Source: a virus. Taken from it: a stretch of DNA of 34,722 bases. The stretch spans positions 1-34,722 of the IMG/VR virus record IMGVR_UViG_3300028025_000010. One strand, given 5' to 3'. Within the stretch, counting starts at the first letter, position 1; each line of letters opens with the position of its first letter. Below the pieces are notes generated by a model. The model had not been told where the DNA came from. It worked only from the letters and a program-made list of their open reading frames with translations, and did no database searches. The position numbers and the translations under genes are program-made. Positions 8,656 through 17,675 of this stretch are shown piece after piece.

Positions 8656-9870
8656 TTATGATCCAGGTTTATTTGTTCTTAGGTCTCGTCTTTGTGTTGC
8701 TCCAGCTTGACCCAAAAATGGCTTAAATTCTTCGCCTAATACAGATCCAAGACTGCGATCATATTCAACAATTGCTTGTGCGCTATATTTTTTCTGTGCA
8801 AATAATTCTCTTGCTTTTTTCTCAATTAAAGCATCTCTTTCAGCAAATGCTTGTAATCCTTTAGCCATTAACGCACGACCTTGTTCTGTATTTGCCAATG
8901 ATGGGAATACAGACAAATATGCTTTAAATTCTAAATCAGATGTAGAACCAGATCCAGCAGCCCTAACTTGTGTAGCTGCTCTTGTTTGTAATGCAGTTGC
9001 TAATGCGTTTGCACTTGCTGTCTCGCTAGGCAAATTAAGGGCTGTTGCAAGATCTGCTCCGACTTTAACTGCAACACCACCGCCTTTGCCTTTTAATAAT
9101 GTATCAATAGCTGCTGCATTACGAGCAAACTCGCTTGCAGAAGTAGCTTTAGCAGACATTGCAGCAATTTGTTGTGCATCTAGTTTGTCTAGTTCAGAAT
9201 CGCCTTTATCAATTCTTACTAATTCACCTCTACTAACTTGATTTATTTTTCCAGATGAACTAATTTGGAATGATTGGTCTTGTGGCAAACCAAGTCTTTT
9301 CTTATCTTCTGCCGATAAAGGTTTAAATGATTCTTTTGGTTCTTTAGACATTAACTTAGCAGCCTCTAATGGGCTTTCTATAGCAATTGCTTGAATAAGT
9401 TTATCAAGATCTACAGATGTTTTTGTTGGCAAGTTTGCTCGTAATGCTGAAACAGTTTCTGGAACAGCCATATCGCCACCAAATTCAGGGCGAGATAGCA
9501 TCTCTAATTGAGATCCTTGACCTGTAGCCATAGGAATAGGAACAGGAGTTTGTGTAACAGCTTGACGAGCCATTTCTTGTGATTGACGCTTGCGTTTTAA
9601 GTCCTCTAACTGCATATTGGTTACTATCTGCTTTAGATTACGATCAAATGATTGTTGATAGCCTTCTAGACCTGCGCCTAATGCACCGCCTAGTATTTGT
9701 CCTGTGCTGATTGGTTCTCTTGTTTGTCCAGATGCACCTAACAATTTAATAGCAGCGTTTAGTAAGGCTGCTTGGTTAGCGCCTGATTGCATCCTTTGTG
9801 TTTCTGCAGGACTTAATAACTGAGAGTAGTCTGGTTGTTGTCCGAATAAAGCTGATAGATCAATTGCCAT
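8656..9870 (-). CDS. Virion protein, putative internal/ejection protein.
   Basis: 404 aa, A/L/Q/S-rich. The call rests on its position in the structural operon. Confidence 0.3.
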   Translation of the reverse strand: MAIDLSALFGQQPDYSQLLSPAETQRMQSGANQAALLNAAIKLLGASGQTREPISTGQILGGALGAGLEGYQQSFDRNLKQIVTNMQLEDLKRKRQSQEMARQAVTQTPVPIPMATGQGSQLEMLSRPEFGGDMAVPETVSALRANLPTKTSVDLDKLIQAIAIESPLEAAKLMSKEPKESFKPLSAEDKKRLGLPQDQSFQISSSGKINQVSRGELVRIDKGDSELDKLDAQQIAAMSAKATSASEFARNAAAIDTLLKGKGGGVAVKVGADLATALNLPSETASANALATALQTRAATQVRAAGSGSTSDLEFKAYLSVFPSLANTEQGRALMAKGLQAFAERDALIEKKARELFAQKKYSAQAIVEYDRSLGSVLGEEFKPFLGQAGATQRRDLRTNKPGS

Positions 9871-9873
9871 AAT

Positions 9874-10578
9874 TTATCCTAATAAAGAATTTCTTGAGAC
9901 CATTCTTGGGGTAAGCAAACTTAATAATCCTGAATAATCTACACCACCATATTGATTAGGTTGTCTACCACCAATCATCATCTGTTGTTGTGGCATTTGT
10001 TGTTGTTGTTGACCGCCTAACAAACTACTTCCAGATCTAAGGGCTTGTATAGCTTGTTTAGGAGTAATGCTAAAGCCAGTTGAGCCTGGTAGGATGTCAG
10101 CACCCGATGATGTAACTATATTGCCATTAGCATCTAGGATAATATCGCCTAGTTCGCCAGGTATGATGGTTGCTTGTGGAACTTCTCCACCGCCATAAAA
10201 ACCACCTTCTTGTATATCAGCATCGCCAAGCGAGACTCCCATATTGAAATCTTCGCCTGTGTTAAAGCCACCCATGTTGAAATCTTCGCCTGTACCATAC
10301 CCACCGCCACCAAACTGACTACCTAATTCAGCACCAATCTGTTGTCCTGCATAAGACTTACCGGCAGATAAGAGACCTTCTCCTATAGTTCCACCTTCTT
10401 CTATTGTGTCTACACCTTCAATAATAGGTAACGCCCATGCGTTTCCACTAGCAACGGCAGCAACTTTAGCAGCAGCTTTAACAGGATCATCTACTATTTC
10501 TTGTATTTGATCTCCTATAAAATCTCCAGCAGAGCTAACAGTATTTTCTACAAAATCTCCTACGACTCCTCCACACAT
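9874..10578 (-). CDS. Gly/Gln-rich virion protein with an internal 11-aa tandem duplication.
   Basis: It contains GTGEDFNMGGFNTGEDFNMG and GGQQQQQMPQQQMMIGGRQPNQYGG. The position is structural. Confidence 0.35.
   Translation of the reverse strand: MCGGVVGDFVENTVSSAGDFIGDQIQEIVDDPVKAAAKVAAVASGNAWALPIIEGVDTIEEGGTIGEGLLSAGKSYAGQQIGAELGSQFGGGGYGTGEDFNMGGFNTGEDFNMGVSLGDADIQEGGFYGGGEVPQATIIPGELGDIILDANGNIVTSSGADILPGSTGFSITPKQAIQALRSGSSLLGGQQQQQMPQQQMMIGGRQPNQYGGVDYSGLLSLLTPRMVSRNSLLG
10238..10293. repeat. Tandem 33-nt duplication inside the CDS (23-nt cores, 22/23 identical).
   Basis: cccatattgaaatcttcgcctgt (10238-10260) and cccatgttgaaatcttcgcctgt (10271-10293). Confidence 0.85.
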
Positions 10579-10580
10579 AA

Positions 10581-10976
10581 TTAATCCTTTAAGTGTTTGA
10601 CTGTATTAAAGCCAACAGTTTTATAACCTAGTCTCTCATAAAACTGTTTGGTTTTATCCATGTCTACTGCTGTTGTCTGTCCTAAATGTAGATCATCTAC
10701 ACCTATTTCTTTAGCCCATGTTTCTAGTGATTTTACTAGTTTAAGTGCCACTCTACTACCTCGATACTCAGGTAAAACAAAGAACCCTAGATCGCTTACT
10801 CGCTTACGATTACTAAAAAAGTATTCATGCGCTAGACCAGATATAAACCCAACAATTCTGTTGTGTTCTATTGCGATAAAGCCTACTGCATTAGGGTTCT
10901 TAAATAAATGTAAAATCTTGTGCTTCTCAGGTACTGCGTAAGAAAACTCTGCCTCGGCTACCATTTTGGTAACCAA
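10581..10976 (-). CDS. GNAT-family N-acetyltransferase (TTG start at 10976, or ATG at 10964).
   Basis: IVGFISGL...FFVLPEYRGSRVALKLVKSLETWAKEIG...FYERLGYK matches GNAT motif A/B. AGGAG lies 9 nt upstream of the TTG. Confidence 0.75.
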   Translation of the reverse strand: MVTKMVAEAEFSYAVPEKHKILHLFKNPNAVGFIAIEHNRIVGFISGLAHEYFFSNRKRVSDLGFFVLPEYRGSRVALKLVKSLETWAKEIGVDDLHLGQTTAVDMDKTKQFYERLGYKTVGFNTVKHLKD

Positions 10977-11020
10977 TTCAAAAAACTCCTCTAAGCGATG
11001 TAGACTAAGTTTTTCTATTA

Positions 11021-12421
11021 TCAGAAGAATCCACCACCTAGTAGACCACCACCTAAAGCACCTAATGCTGGTGCGCCATAACCGCCTAAGAATCCACCAA
11101 ATGTTTGTGGGAACGCTTGACCAAGTGCATAGCCACCTAAACCGCCTGCTAATGCACCACCTAGCGCGCCTGCCGTTCTGTTTTGGTATGTTGGCTGTGC
11201 AGCAGGAGATCCAAACTGACCAAGTGGTGAGCCGTAGACAGACGATAAATAGCCTGACAACTGCTCGTAAGGTAAACGCTGTTGGTAAGCAAATCGACTC
11301 ATCTGCTCTTGTAGAGGTTGTGCAGCGATTGCCTCTCTCTGTGCGCCAATTTGTCCTAGTGTCTGAGAAGGCAAGAACTGTTGACCATACATTTGTGGTG
11401 CTGCTTGAGCTAGTGCAGCTTGTTGCAACTGAGCTTGCTGTTGTAGTTCTCTTTCCCGTTGATACTGTGTGCCAGCGATATTGGATGTAATATCCCCTAG
11501 AGACCTTCCATAAGCCTCTGTAGCCGTTCCCAATGCTCTTTCCATAGAGCCACTACCTAAACGACCAGACTTGCTGTAAAGGCTCGAAATGCCAGGCAAT
11601 ACTGCTTGGCTAAATTGTTGGGTTAGTGGGCGAGTTGCAGCCTCCATCATCGCTTGTTGGTAGGGGTTTGCGTTTAAGAAACCACCGGCAGCCGTCTGTC
11701 CTACTTGACCTAAAGACGATTGGTAAGCCTGTTGAGCCTGTCCTAAAATTGGGCTTGCTTGTCTAGCAATATCTTCTTGGGCTTGTATTGATTGAAGTGT
11801 TTGTTCCGATGGGCTTACATAAGTTTGACCAGGGAACATGGAAGGTTGTTGGCGCAAGAATAACTCTTGTGCTTGGCGTAAACCCTCTGTAAGGAATGGG
11901 CGAATAGTAGCGTCTATCTGTGATGCTCCTGCTGCGGGTGCGCTAGGTGTAATAGGTTCGCTAGGTAAAAAGCTAGGTGGAGGAGGAACATTAGAAAAAG
12001 AATTATTAGGAGACATAGGAATATTTCCAGATAATCCACCAGGGAAATTTACAGGAATTCCTGAGAATGGTGAGTTTGAAATATTTGGGTTTTGTATTCT
12101 ATTTCCAAAATTATCAAGGTATGTAGTTGTACCAACTCCACCAGCACCACCTGGACTTGCTATACCAACAGCCGGTGTTCCGTAATTCTGGTTATAAAAC
12201 TGATTGAACGCATTTGCATCACTAGCATAGCCAAATGGCTGACCAAACTGATCGTTGCCTATAACTGCTGCACGAGGACTACCCAAACCTTGTGCATTTT
12301 GTGCATCTAACTGTCTTTGAAAAGCATCTCTAGCTTCTTGATAGTTAGGAGGCAATTGTCCGCTTGCGCTAAATGATTGTGTTAAAAATGGGTTCAACAT
12401 TGTTGAGTCTCCAATTGCCAT
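11021..12421 (-). CDS. Q/G/P-rich virion protein with a C-terminal glycine-zipper tail; putative ejection/membrane-inserting protein.
   Basis: It has low-complexity Q/N/G/P stretches. The C-terminus is GALGGALAGGLGGYALGQAFPQTFGGFLGGYGAPALGALGGGLLGGGFF. Confidence 0.35.
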   Translation of the reverse strand: MAIGDSTMLNPFLTQSFSASGQLPPNYQEARDAFQRQLDAQNAQGLGSPRAAVIGNDQFGQPFGYASDANAFNQFYNQNYGTPAVGIASPGGAGGVGTTTYLDNFGNRIQNPNISNSPFSGIPVNFPGGLSGNIPMSPNNSFSNVPPPPSFLPSEPITPSAPAAGASQIDATIRPFLTEGLRQAQELFLRQQPSMFPGQTYVSPSEQTLQSIQAQEDIARQASPILGQAQQAYQSSLGQVGQTAAGGFLNANPYQQAMMEAATRPLTQQFSQAVLPGISSLYSKSGRLGSGSMERALGTATEAYGRSLGDITSNIAGTQYQRERELQQQAQLQQAALAQAAPQMYGQQFLPSQTLGQIGAQREAIAAQPLQEQMSRFAYQQRLPYEQLSGYLSSVYGSPLGQFGSPAAQPTYQNRTAGALGGALAGGLGGYALGQAFPQTFGGFLGGYGAPALGALGGGLLGGGFF

Positions 12422-12432
12422 AATATGTTCCT

Positions 12433-13230
12433 TTATCCTACGATGATATATTTATAAGTCATACCTGATACAGAATTAGCAGGATGACTAATGGTTGCAC
12501 TTCCTGCTGTTACTGCTGATATATAAGGCATTGTAAAAAGATTACTGGTATAGCCATTCGATGAGAGATAACTCATGGTGGCTATGATGCTAGGTGTTGC
12601 TGGTCTAGTAGGGCTTGATTGGGTAGCAAAATGCTCAATGCTGACACCAATGTCCGATGGTCTCCAAGCTAACTCTACATAATCATCTTTTTGCAATGCA
12701 ATAAAAAAGTTTAGTGCTGCAATTGTTTGGCTTGCTGATCCACTAGATTTTCTAGGCTTAATGCCAAATACCGAATTGCTGTTTGCTACATTTGTGCCAT
12801 TTTTTACAAACCAAATGTTTACATCTTGTACATCGTTAGTTGTGTTAATTAACTGTACAGAAAACTGTATGTTGTAGAGTCCTGCGTATCCTGCTGTCAG
12901 TTTCGTATTAGTTACTAGACTTGCACCTAATGCATAGTCTGTAGTGCTAAACGACATAATATTTGCTGCGGTTGTTGTTGTCGCAGCTTGGTCTGTATCG
13001 TCTTGAACTGCTAAATATGGAAAATAGGTACTAGCCGATACATCATCTGCTGGCACTAAAATAATCACAGAATCTGCACCAATCCGCGCATCTGTTAAGG
13101 TTGTAGTGCTTGCATCACCTGTCGCTAAAGTAACAGAGCCAGTATTATTAGTCTTGCCATTCATAATCCCATTGACTACTTCAGCAACTCCGCGCTGATC
13201 TGATCCAAAAGGAGGTAAAACTCTAAACAT
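12433..13230 (-). CDS. Virion structural protein (tail-associated?), unknown family.
   Basis: 265-aa ORF, translationally coupled (1-nt overlap) to the upstream tail gene. It is T/S/N-rich with a beta-type composition. Confidence 0.3.
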   Translation of the reverse strand: MFRVLPPFGSDQRGVAEVVNGIMNGKTNNTGSVTLATGDASTTTLTDARIGADSVIILVPADDVSASTYFPYLAVQDDTDQAATTTTAANIMSFSTTDYALGASLVTNTKLTAGYAGLYNIQFSVQLINTTNDVQDVNIWFVKNGTNVANSNSVFGIKPRKSSGSASQTIAALNFFIALQKDDYVELAWRPSDIGVSIEHFATQSSPTRPATPSIIATMSYLSSNGYTSNLFTMPYISAVTAGSATISHPANSVSGMTYKYIIVG

Positions 13231-14669
13231 TATCTAGTTCCTAGAGGGCTTAAATCGATGTCCATTCCGACTGCTGATGTCCAACTACCTGTAGGGGTTA
13301 ATTGTAGACGATGATACCGCCCAATACCACGCACAGATACTCTATTTTCGCTATCTGCTGCAGTCTGAGAGCCAAATACTGTGGACTCTGACAAAAGCCT
13401 ACGAGAGAGCAATGCTACTGATCCAGAGCCATCGTCTACGATAGGTTTAACCATTGTGATAGAGGAAGTAGCACCTGGCACTTCTATATCGCCTGTTTCT
13501 ATGTAAGCTGTAGCGTTAGCACCAGAGAAGGTAACAATCTTTGCACCATCTACACCGGCTAACTGTAGTCTGCCGCCAAGCCATAATCGGCTATCAAAGG
13601 TTGTAAGGATGGTGTCTAAATTACCATAAACATCCATACCCTCTAAAGTAACCGCAGGGGTAGATGTAGAGGCTATTCTATCTACATGGGTTGTGCCACT
13701 TGTCCATCGCTGTGTCTGAAAGTTGTATATTAACAAGCTATCAGGAGTTGCAGAACTATTGGATGCGTATGCCCAAATAATAAGTTTCTTAATTGGATCT
13801 ACTGCAGCCGACATAAGGTACAAAGTGGCTTCATCTACATTATCAAAGAAGAATCGGTTTACTTTTTCGCTGCCAATTGGCACTACATTTTGACCATCAC
13901 AAGCATAGAATCCATCGTCTCCTAAGAAGAACGATGTGCCACCATACTGGATAATCGAGTTAGCCTCATAACATCCTAAGTTACGACTGATATTGTCGAA
14001 CTGGAATATAAGTGGGCTACCAATATAAGACATACGATGGATTGCTCGATCCATAAAGACTAGACCAAATTCACCACCTGTAACACCGACTACAGATCCA
14101 CCATCGGGAATATCTTGGAAGTCTGCTTGGGTCGTAGCGGATGCAGTCCAGCTAGACTCATCGCCTAATGCTGACCATTGCACTCTGCTTGGATAACTTG
14201 ATTGATAGCCAGACACTACAAAGTCGCGCACTACTGTTACATATCGTGCTTCTGGTGCATCTGCTGCTAGGTTTGCAAATAAAGAAGAACTGTTTAAGTT
14301 AAATCCCTGTAATTTATCGAAACCATTAGCTGCAACAATGACATTACCAAACTGAGTAAACTTCCATCGTTGATCTGTAGGTGTCGTATAGTTTCCTGAT
14401 TTTGACACATTGTCTAAAGACAAATCGCCAGAATCTAACTTAAATAGTTTTGTAGAGCCACCAGCAAATACAGTTGTAGCTCCTGCCGTTGTTTTGCCTG
14501 CTACCACATTAGTTAGGTTCTCAGATGCAGCAGCCGAGTAATCTACTACTGTAGGCAAAGCACCATAGCCTACTGCCTTTGAGTAAACATTCTCTGCCCT
14601 GCGCAGTCCATTAGTAATACCTGGCTGATCTGGTGTCCATTCTCCGAATGATATTCTGCTTATTGCCAT
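13230..14669 (-). CDS. Putative tail tubular / nozzle-like structural protein.
   Basis: 479 aa with a beta-rich composition. It lies between the adaptor-proximal genes and the ejection proteins, as in podovirus tail modules. Confidence 0.3.
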   Translation of the reverse strand: MAISRISFGEWTPDQPGITNGLRRAENVYSKAVGYGALPTVVDYSAAASENLTNVVAGKTTAGATTVFAGGSTKLFKLDSGDLSLDNVSKSGNYTTPTDQRWKFTQFGNVIVAANGFDKLQGFNLNSSSLFANLAADAPEARYVTVVRDFVVSGYQSSYPSRVQWSALGDESSWTASATTQADFQDIPDGGSVVGVTGGEFGLVFMDRAIHRMSYIGSPLIFQFDNISRNLGCYEANSIIQYGGTSFFLGDDGFYACDGQNVVPIGSEKVNRFFFDNVDEATLYLMSAAVDPIKKLIIWAYASNSSATPDSLLIYNFQTQRWTSGTTHVDRIASTSTPAVTLEGMDVYGNLDTILTTFDSRLWLGGRLQLAGVDGAKIVTFSGANATAYIETGDIEVPGATSSITMVKPIVDDGSGSVALLSRRLLSESTVFGSQTAADSENRVSVRGIGRYHRLQLTPTGSWTSAVGMDIDLSPLGTR

Positions 14670-15613
14670 TGTTCTGTTCCACTAGATATTTGAGTCCAAG
14701 TTGTCGTTGTGGCTGTGATTCCTGTCCACGACTCTGATCCTGCTGTTTGTGCTGTCCATGTTGTAGAACTAGCTGATATACCTGTCCAAGCCTCTGAGCC
14801 TGCTGTTTCGTCTGTCCAATTATCGCCTAATCTATTACCACTTGCGACTGCTGTGGCATTAGCTGTTATTGATCCGCTTGCAGAGTAAATTGCTTGAGCC
14901 TGTGCATCTACATACGCATTAGCGACAATGAAGCCTTCTCCTGCGTATTCAACACCACCTAGGGCTGTTACTGTTGCTGTGCCTGTGATTTCTGCAACAG
15001 ATGTTCTAAGCCGAATAGCCTCTGATTCCACAGAAGCATTGCCTGTAATTGTTGCATCGCCTGTTCTAACTCGAATCCCTGTACTTGCCACATTTGCTTC
15101 TGCATCGACAGTAGCAGATCCGACCAGTATTGCGTTTCCTGTTGCATCAACTGTTGCTGTTCCATTTACTATTCCTTCTCCGACCAATACTCTGATTGCC
15201 TCGGCTGTAACAGATGCATCGGCTGTTATGTCTGCTGACGATGTGCGTATAGCAGAACCATCAGCAACTACTGTTGCATCTGCGGTAATGTCTGCACTAG
15301 CAGACCTTGTTCTTTGTCCTACTGCTACTACAGATGCATCGGCTGTAACACTTGCCTCGCCTGTGCGTTGGCGAACACCATCCGCGCTAACAGATGCTTC
15401 TGCTGTAATAGATGCAGAGGGGAACTTAACACACAGAGTAGTCCATACAGGGTCATCAAACGAGATATTGAGTTGGTCAAGATTCCCAAGGGAATCCATA
15501 TCCTCTAATCTCCAATCACCACATACTTGATCTGTTTCCCAAGTATGATCGAATGAGTATGGTACTTGCTCTAAAGTCCCGAACTGATCTAACTGTTCGA
15601 GAGTTAATGCCAT
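14660..15613 (-). CDS. Repeat-rich fibre/solenoid-like structural protein.
   Basis: Residues 66-317 show strict 20-aa periodicity: ten xxITADAxVxAxGxRxRT-type units followed by 2.5 TAGSE(A/S)WTGI.A..TTWT units. Confidence 0.5.
   Translation of the reverse strand: MALTLEQLDQFGTLEQVPYSFDHTWETDQVCGDWRLEDMDSLGNLDQLNISFDDPVWTTLCVKFPSASITAEASVSADGVRQRTGEASVTADASVVAVGQRTRSASADITADATVVADGSAIRTSSADITADASVTAEAIRVLVGEGIVNGTATVDATGNAILVGSATVDAEANVASTGIRVRTGDATITGNASVESEAIRLRTSVAEITGTATVTALGGVEYAGEGFIVANAYVDAQAQAIYSASGSITANATAVASGNRLGDNWTDETAGSEAWTGISASSTTWTAQTAGSESWTGITATTTTWTQISSGTEQWQ
14666..15418. repeat. Coding tandem repeat array with a 60-nt (20-aa) period and about 12.5 units.
   Basis: (I/V)(T/N/D/V)xxA motifs (ITA[DEN]A, ITG[NT]A and variants) recur at protein residues 69, 89, 109, 129, 149, 169, 189, 209, 229 and 249. 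W-containing units follow at 270-316. Confidence 0.8.
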
Positions 15614-15999
15614 TAGGCTAGGGTAACTGAAAGGCTACCAGATGCAATCTTAAAGATGTCTCCTGTATCAATAGCTTTTGATGTTGTCAAGGGTGTGTGA
15701 TACAAAAGATTTCCAGTAGTCAAAGCATCCAAGATACCGATATGACTAATTGTTCCCCAAGATGTTGTAGCTTGGTCAAAGGTAATGTCGGCTGTAGTTA
15801 CGCTTGCACCATTAGAAGGCGCGCCAAAAGTAGCAGATTTACGAGCATAAGAACCACCAGTACACTCTGTTCCTGTATTAGCATCTGTTGGGTCGCTAGT
15901 ATAGAGACCAACATAGACTACAGAAGGAGAGGTAAAGGTTGTTGCTCGTAGAGTTGCATTGACTAGTGCATTCTCTAGGTAGTTTGACATTTCAGCCAT
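15613..15999 (-). CDS. Conserved small phage structural protein; function unknown.
   Basis: MAEMSNYLENALVNATLR..VYVGLYTSDPTD..GTECTGGSYARKSATFG..WGTISHIGILDA matches a widespread phage family that I recall as unannotated or listed as a virion protein. Confidence 0.4.
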   Translation of the reverse strand: MAEMSNYLENALVNATLRATTFTSPSVVYVGLYTSDPTDANTGTECTGGSYARKSATFGAPSNGASVTTADITFDQATTSWGTISHIGILDALTTGNLLYHTPLTTSKAIDTGDIFKIASGSLSVTLA

Positions 16000-16008
16000 G
16001 TTATTTCC

Positions 16009-16629
16009 TTATCGTGAGGTTACGCGCATTTGTAAAGGCACACCCGAATACTCGCTATTTTGGTCTGCATCGGATATGTTTTTGATTGCTCTGTCGTACA
16101 GGGTTGCCCATGTCTGACTTCTTGCATCGTTAATTAAGTATGGCTCTGCTTCTAAAAGCGAGGCATAGAGGAGAGCATCTGGATAATTAGCAAGAAATAC
16201 ATTGCTTGCATTACCAGTAGACAATACAGTAGGTTTAGCATAATAGAGAATCTCCAATGTATATGCTGTATCTGGCTTTGGTGCTAACTCAAACTCAGTT
16301 GCCAAGATTGTGTAATAAATTGGTTTACCACTCTCGTCTGCCGGAGCATCCCTAGTAAATAAACTAGGAGACATATAGGTAATAGGGTATCTTGGATTGC
16401 CTTGGATATGTAAATCACGAATCTCTAAGAAGTTTGTTGGTAAGGCTACTTTGCCATCACCACTTACTGTTAACGCAGTAGCTGACTGTAACATCTGCCG
16501 AGTGCGTAAATCTCTAGCCATGCGTAGCTCTGCAAAGCTAATAAAATCGGGGATAACCGATGTTAAGTCTGATCGACCTAAGTAGTTAGCCACCGATGCT
16601 TTGAGATCGGTAAAGTTTGTGTAAGCCAT
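16009..16629 (-). CDS. Putative head-tail adaptor / head completion protein.
   Basis: The N-terminus is MAYTNFTDLKASVANYLGRSDLTSVIPDFISFAELRMARDLR, a pattern typical of adaptor proteins in BPP-1/epsilon15-like podoviruses. It sits downstream of the capsid module. Confidence 0.45.
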   Translation of the reverse strand: MAYTNFTDLKASVANYLGRSDLTSVIPDFISFAELRMARDLRTRQMLQSATALTVSGDGKVALPTNFLEIRDLHIQGNPRYPITYMSPSLFTRDAPADESGKPIYYTILATEFELAPKPDTAYTLEILYYAKPTVLSTGNASNVFLANYPDALLYASLLEAEPYLINDARSQTWATLYDRAIKNISDADQNSEYSGVPLQMRVTSR

Positions 16630-16635
16630 GATTTC

Positions 16636-17271
16636 CTAATCTTTTGGTAGTTCGATGTTATGCCATCCATAAACATACTGCCCAATATGCTTTATCTGTT
16701 TGGATAGATCGTGGTCTACCCAAGTATCAACTCCTACATCCTTTGCCTTAATGCAAAAGTAAATGTCCTCGCCTAATATCTTGTTGTTTAAAAGTTGCTC
16801 AAAGTAGAAGTAGGGTTTTTCCATCTTCTTAATGACACTCTGTTTAATCAACATAATTCCACAGCCAATCCCATCTACTTTCTCAATGCCTGACTTAGCA
16901 TTGGAGTAAACCGCTAACCAATCTACCGATCCATCATCATTAATATGGATATTCCTAGCTGTAGGGTTAACGGGTTCTGCCCTTGTAGTTGCGTTGACCC
17001 CAATAATATCTTTATCGTGAGCCATCAATATTTTTAAGGTATCTTGTGGAAACCTCATATCTGCATCTACAAAGAGCAGATAGTCTGCCTTGTTTTCTAG
17101 TGCTGTTTCTACCAACTTATTCCTCTGGTCAAATATTAGCGTTCCAGAGCTAGTAAAAAGGTCTATATCGTGTTTTGTGGTCTTAATGGTATACGCACAC
17201 ATTGCTACTAAATCAAACGCTGTAGCGACTTCCATTTGCCCTCTAGCTGGCATTAATATAGCGATCCTCAT
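16636..17271 (-). CDS. GT-A fold glycosyltransferase (GT2-like) embedded in the head/neck module.
   Basis: ADYLLFVDADMRFPQDTL supplies the DxD motif. GEDIYFCIKAKDVGVDTWVDHDL..HIG matches the C-terminal pattern of phage GT2-like enzymes. Confidence 0.65.
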   Translation of the reverse strand: MRIAILMPARGQMEVATAFDLVAMCAYTIKTTKHDIDLFTSSGTLIFDQRNKLVETALENKADYLLFVDADMRFPQDTLKILMAHDKDIIGVNATTRAEPVNPTARNIHINDDGSVDWLAVYSNAKSGIEKVDGIGCGIMLIKQSVIKKMEKPYFYFEQLLNNKILGEDIYFCIKAKDVGVDTWVDHDLSKQIKHIGQYVYGWHNIELPKD

Positions 17272-17612
17272 ACCTGACCCCCTCTAGTTCTAAATACCTT
17301 ATTATCAGGGTTATTTAGCCACTTCTTGAGGGCTTTTTGATCGGTTATATGAAAGCCTCGCATAATTCCCATTACATTTAGAGTCTCAATAATCTCCAAA
17401 GGTAATGATGCTATTTTATTCTTTGCATCGTATGGGGTATCTCCCCATCCTGTCTTTTCACTACGCTGATTGTATTGAGCCTTTGTATGGTCAATAAAAT
17501 CATCTAATTGTGTTTCTGTCTTAATAATAAGACCGCCCTCGCCATCTGCGTAAGCTGTTTTTACTACTCCGTTTACTACACCTAAGTTACCTCGTTTGCC
17601 GAGTTCTGACAT
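17268..17612 (-). CDS. Hypothetical protein downstream of the capsid gene.
   Basis: 114-aa ORF with AGGAG 8 nt upstream of its ATG. I recognised no family. Confidence 0.5.
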   Translation of the reverse strand: MSELGKRGNLGVVNGVVKTAYADGEGGLIIKTETQLDDFIDHTKAQYNQRSEKTGWGDTPYDAKNKIASLPLEIIETLNVMGIMRGFHITDQKALKKWLNNPDNKVFRTRGGQV

Positions 17613-17622
17613 AAAGACTCCT

Positions 17623-17650
17623 AGAAAGGGGGCAGGTTTTGCCCACCCCC
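17623..17650 (-). terminator. Hairpin plus a short U-run directly after the major capsid gene; partial terminator or mRNA stabiliser.
   Basis: The minus-strand RNA is GGGGGUGGGCAAAACCUGCCCCC-UUUCU. The stem is 9 bp, including two G-U pairs that form only on the minus strand. Confidence 0.45.
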
Positions 17651-17675
17651 TATTCTACAACTTATCTACTATTTA

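Noticed and set aside
10966-12310. Plus-strand ORFs 10966..11490, 11838..12185 and 12092..12310.
   Set aside because: They lie antisense to the Q/G-rich 466-aa gene and their open frames are explained by low-complexity composition. The same reasoning applies to the other antisense track ORFs, including 1388..1693, 1726..1962, 2473..2721, 2899..3138, 4375..4560 and 6465..6668. It also covers 6876..7172, 7851..8117, 8466..8726, 10648..10941 and 15697..15951.
14928-15530. 200-aa plus-strand ORF (and the 14968..15165 and 15314..15508 ORFs) opposite the repeat-rich structural gene.
   Set aside because: These are antisense shadows of a 60-nt periodic, A/T/S/V/G-codon-rich coding repeat. They have no start context and sit inside a tightly coupled minus-strand operon.
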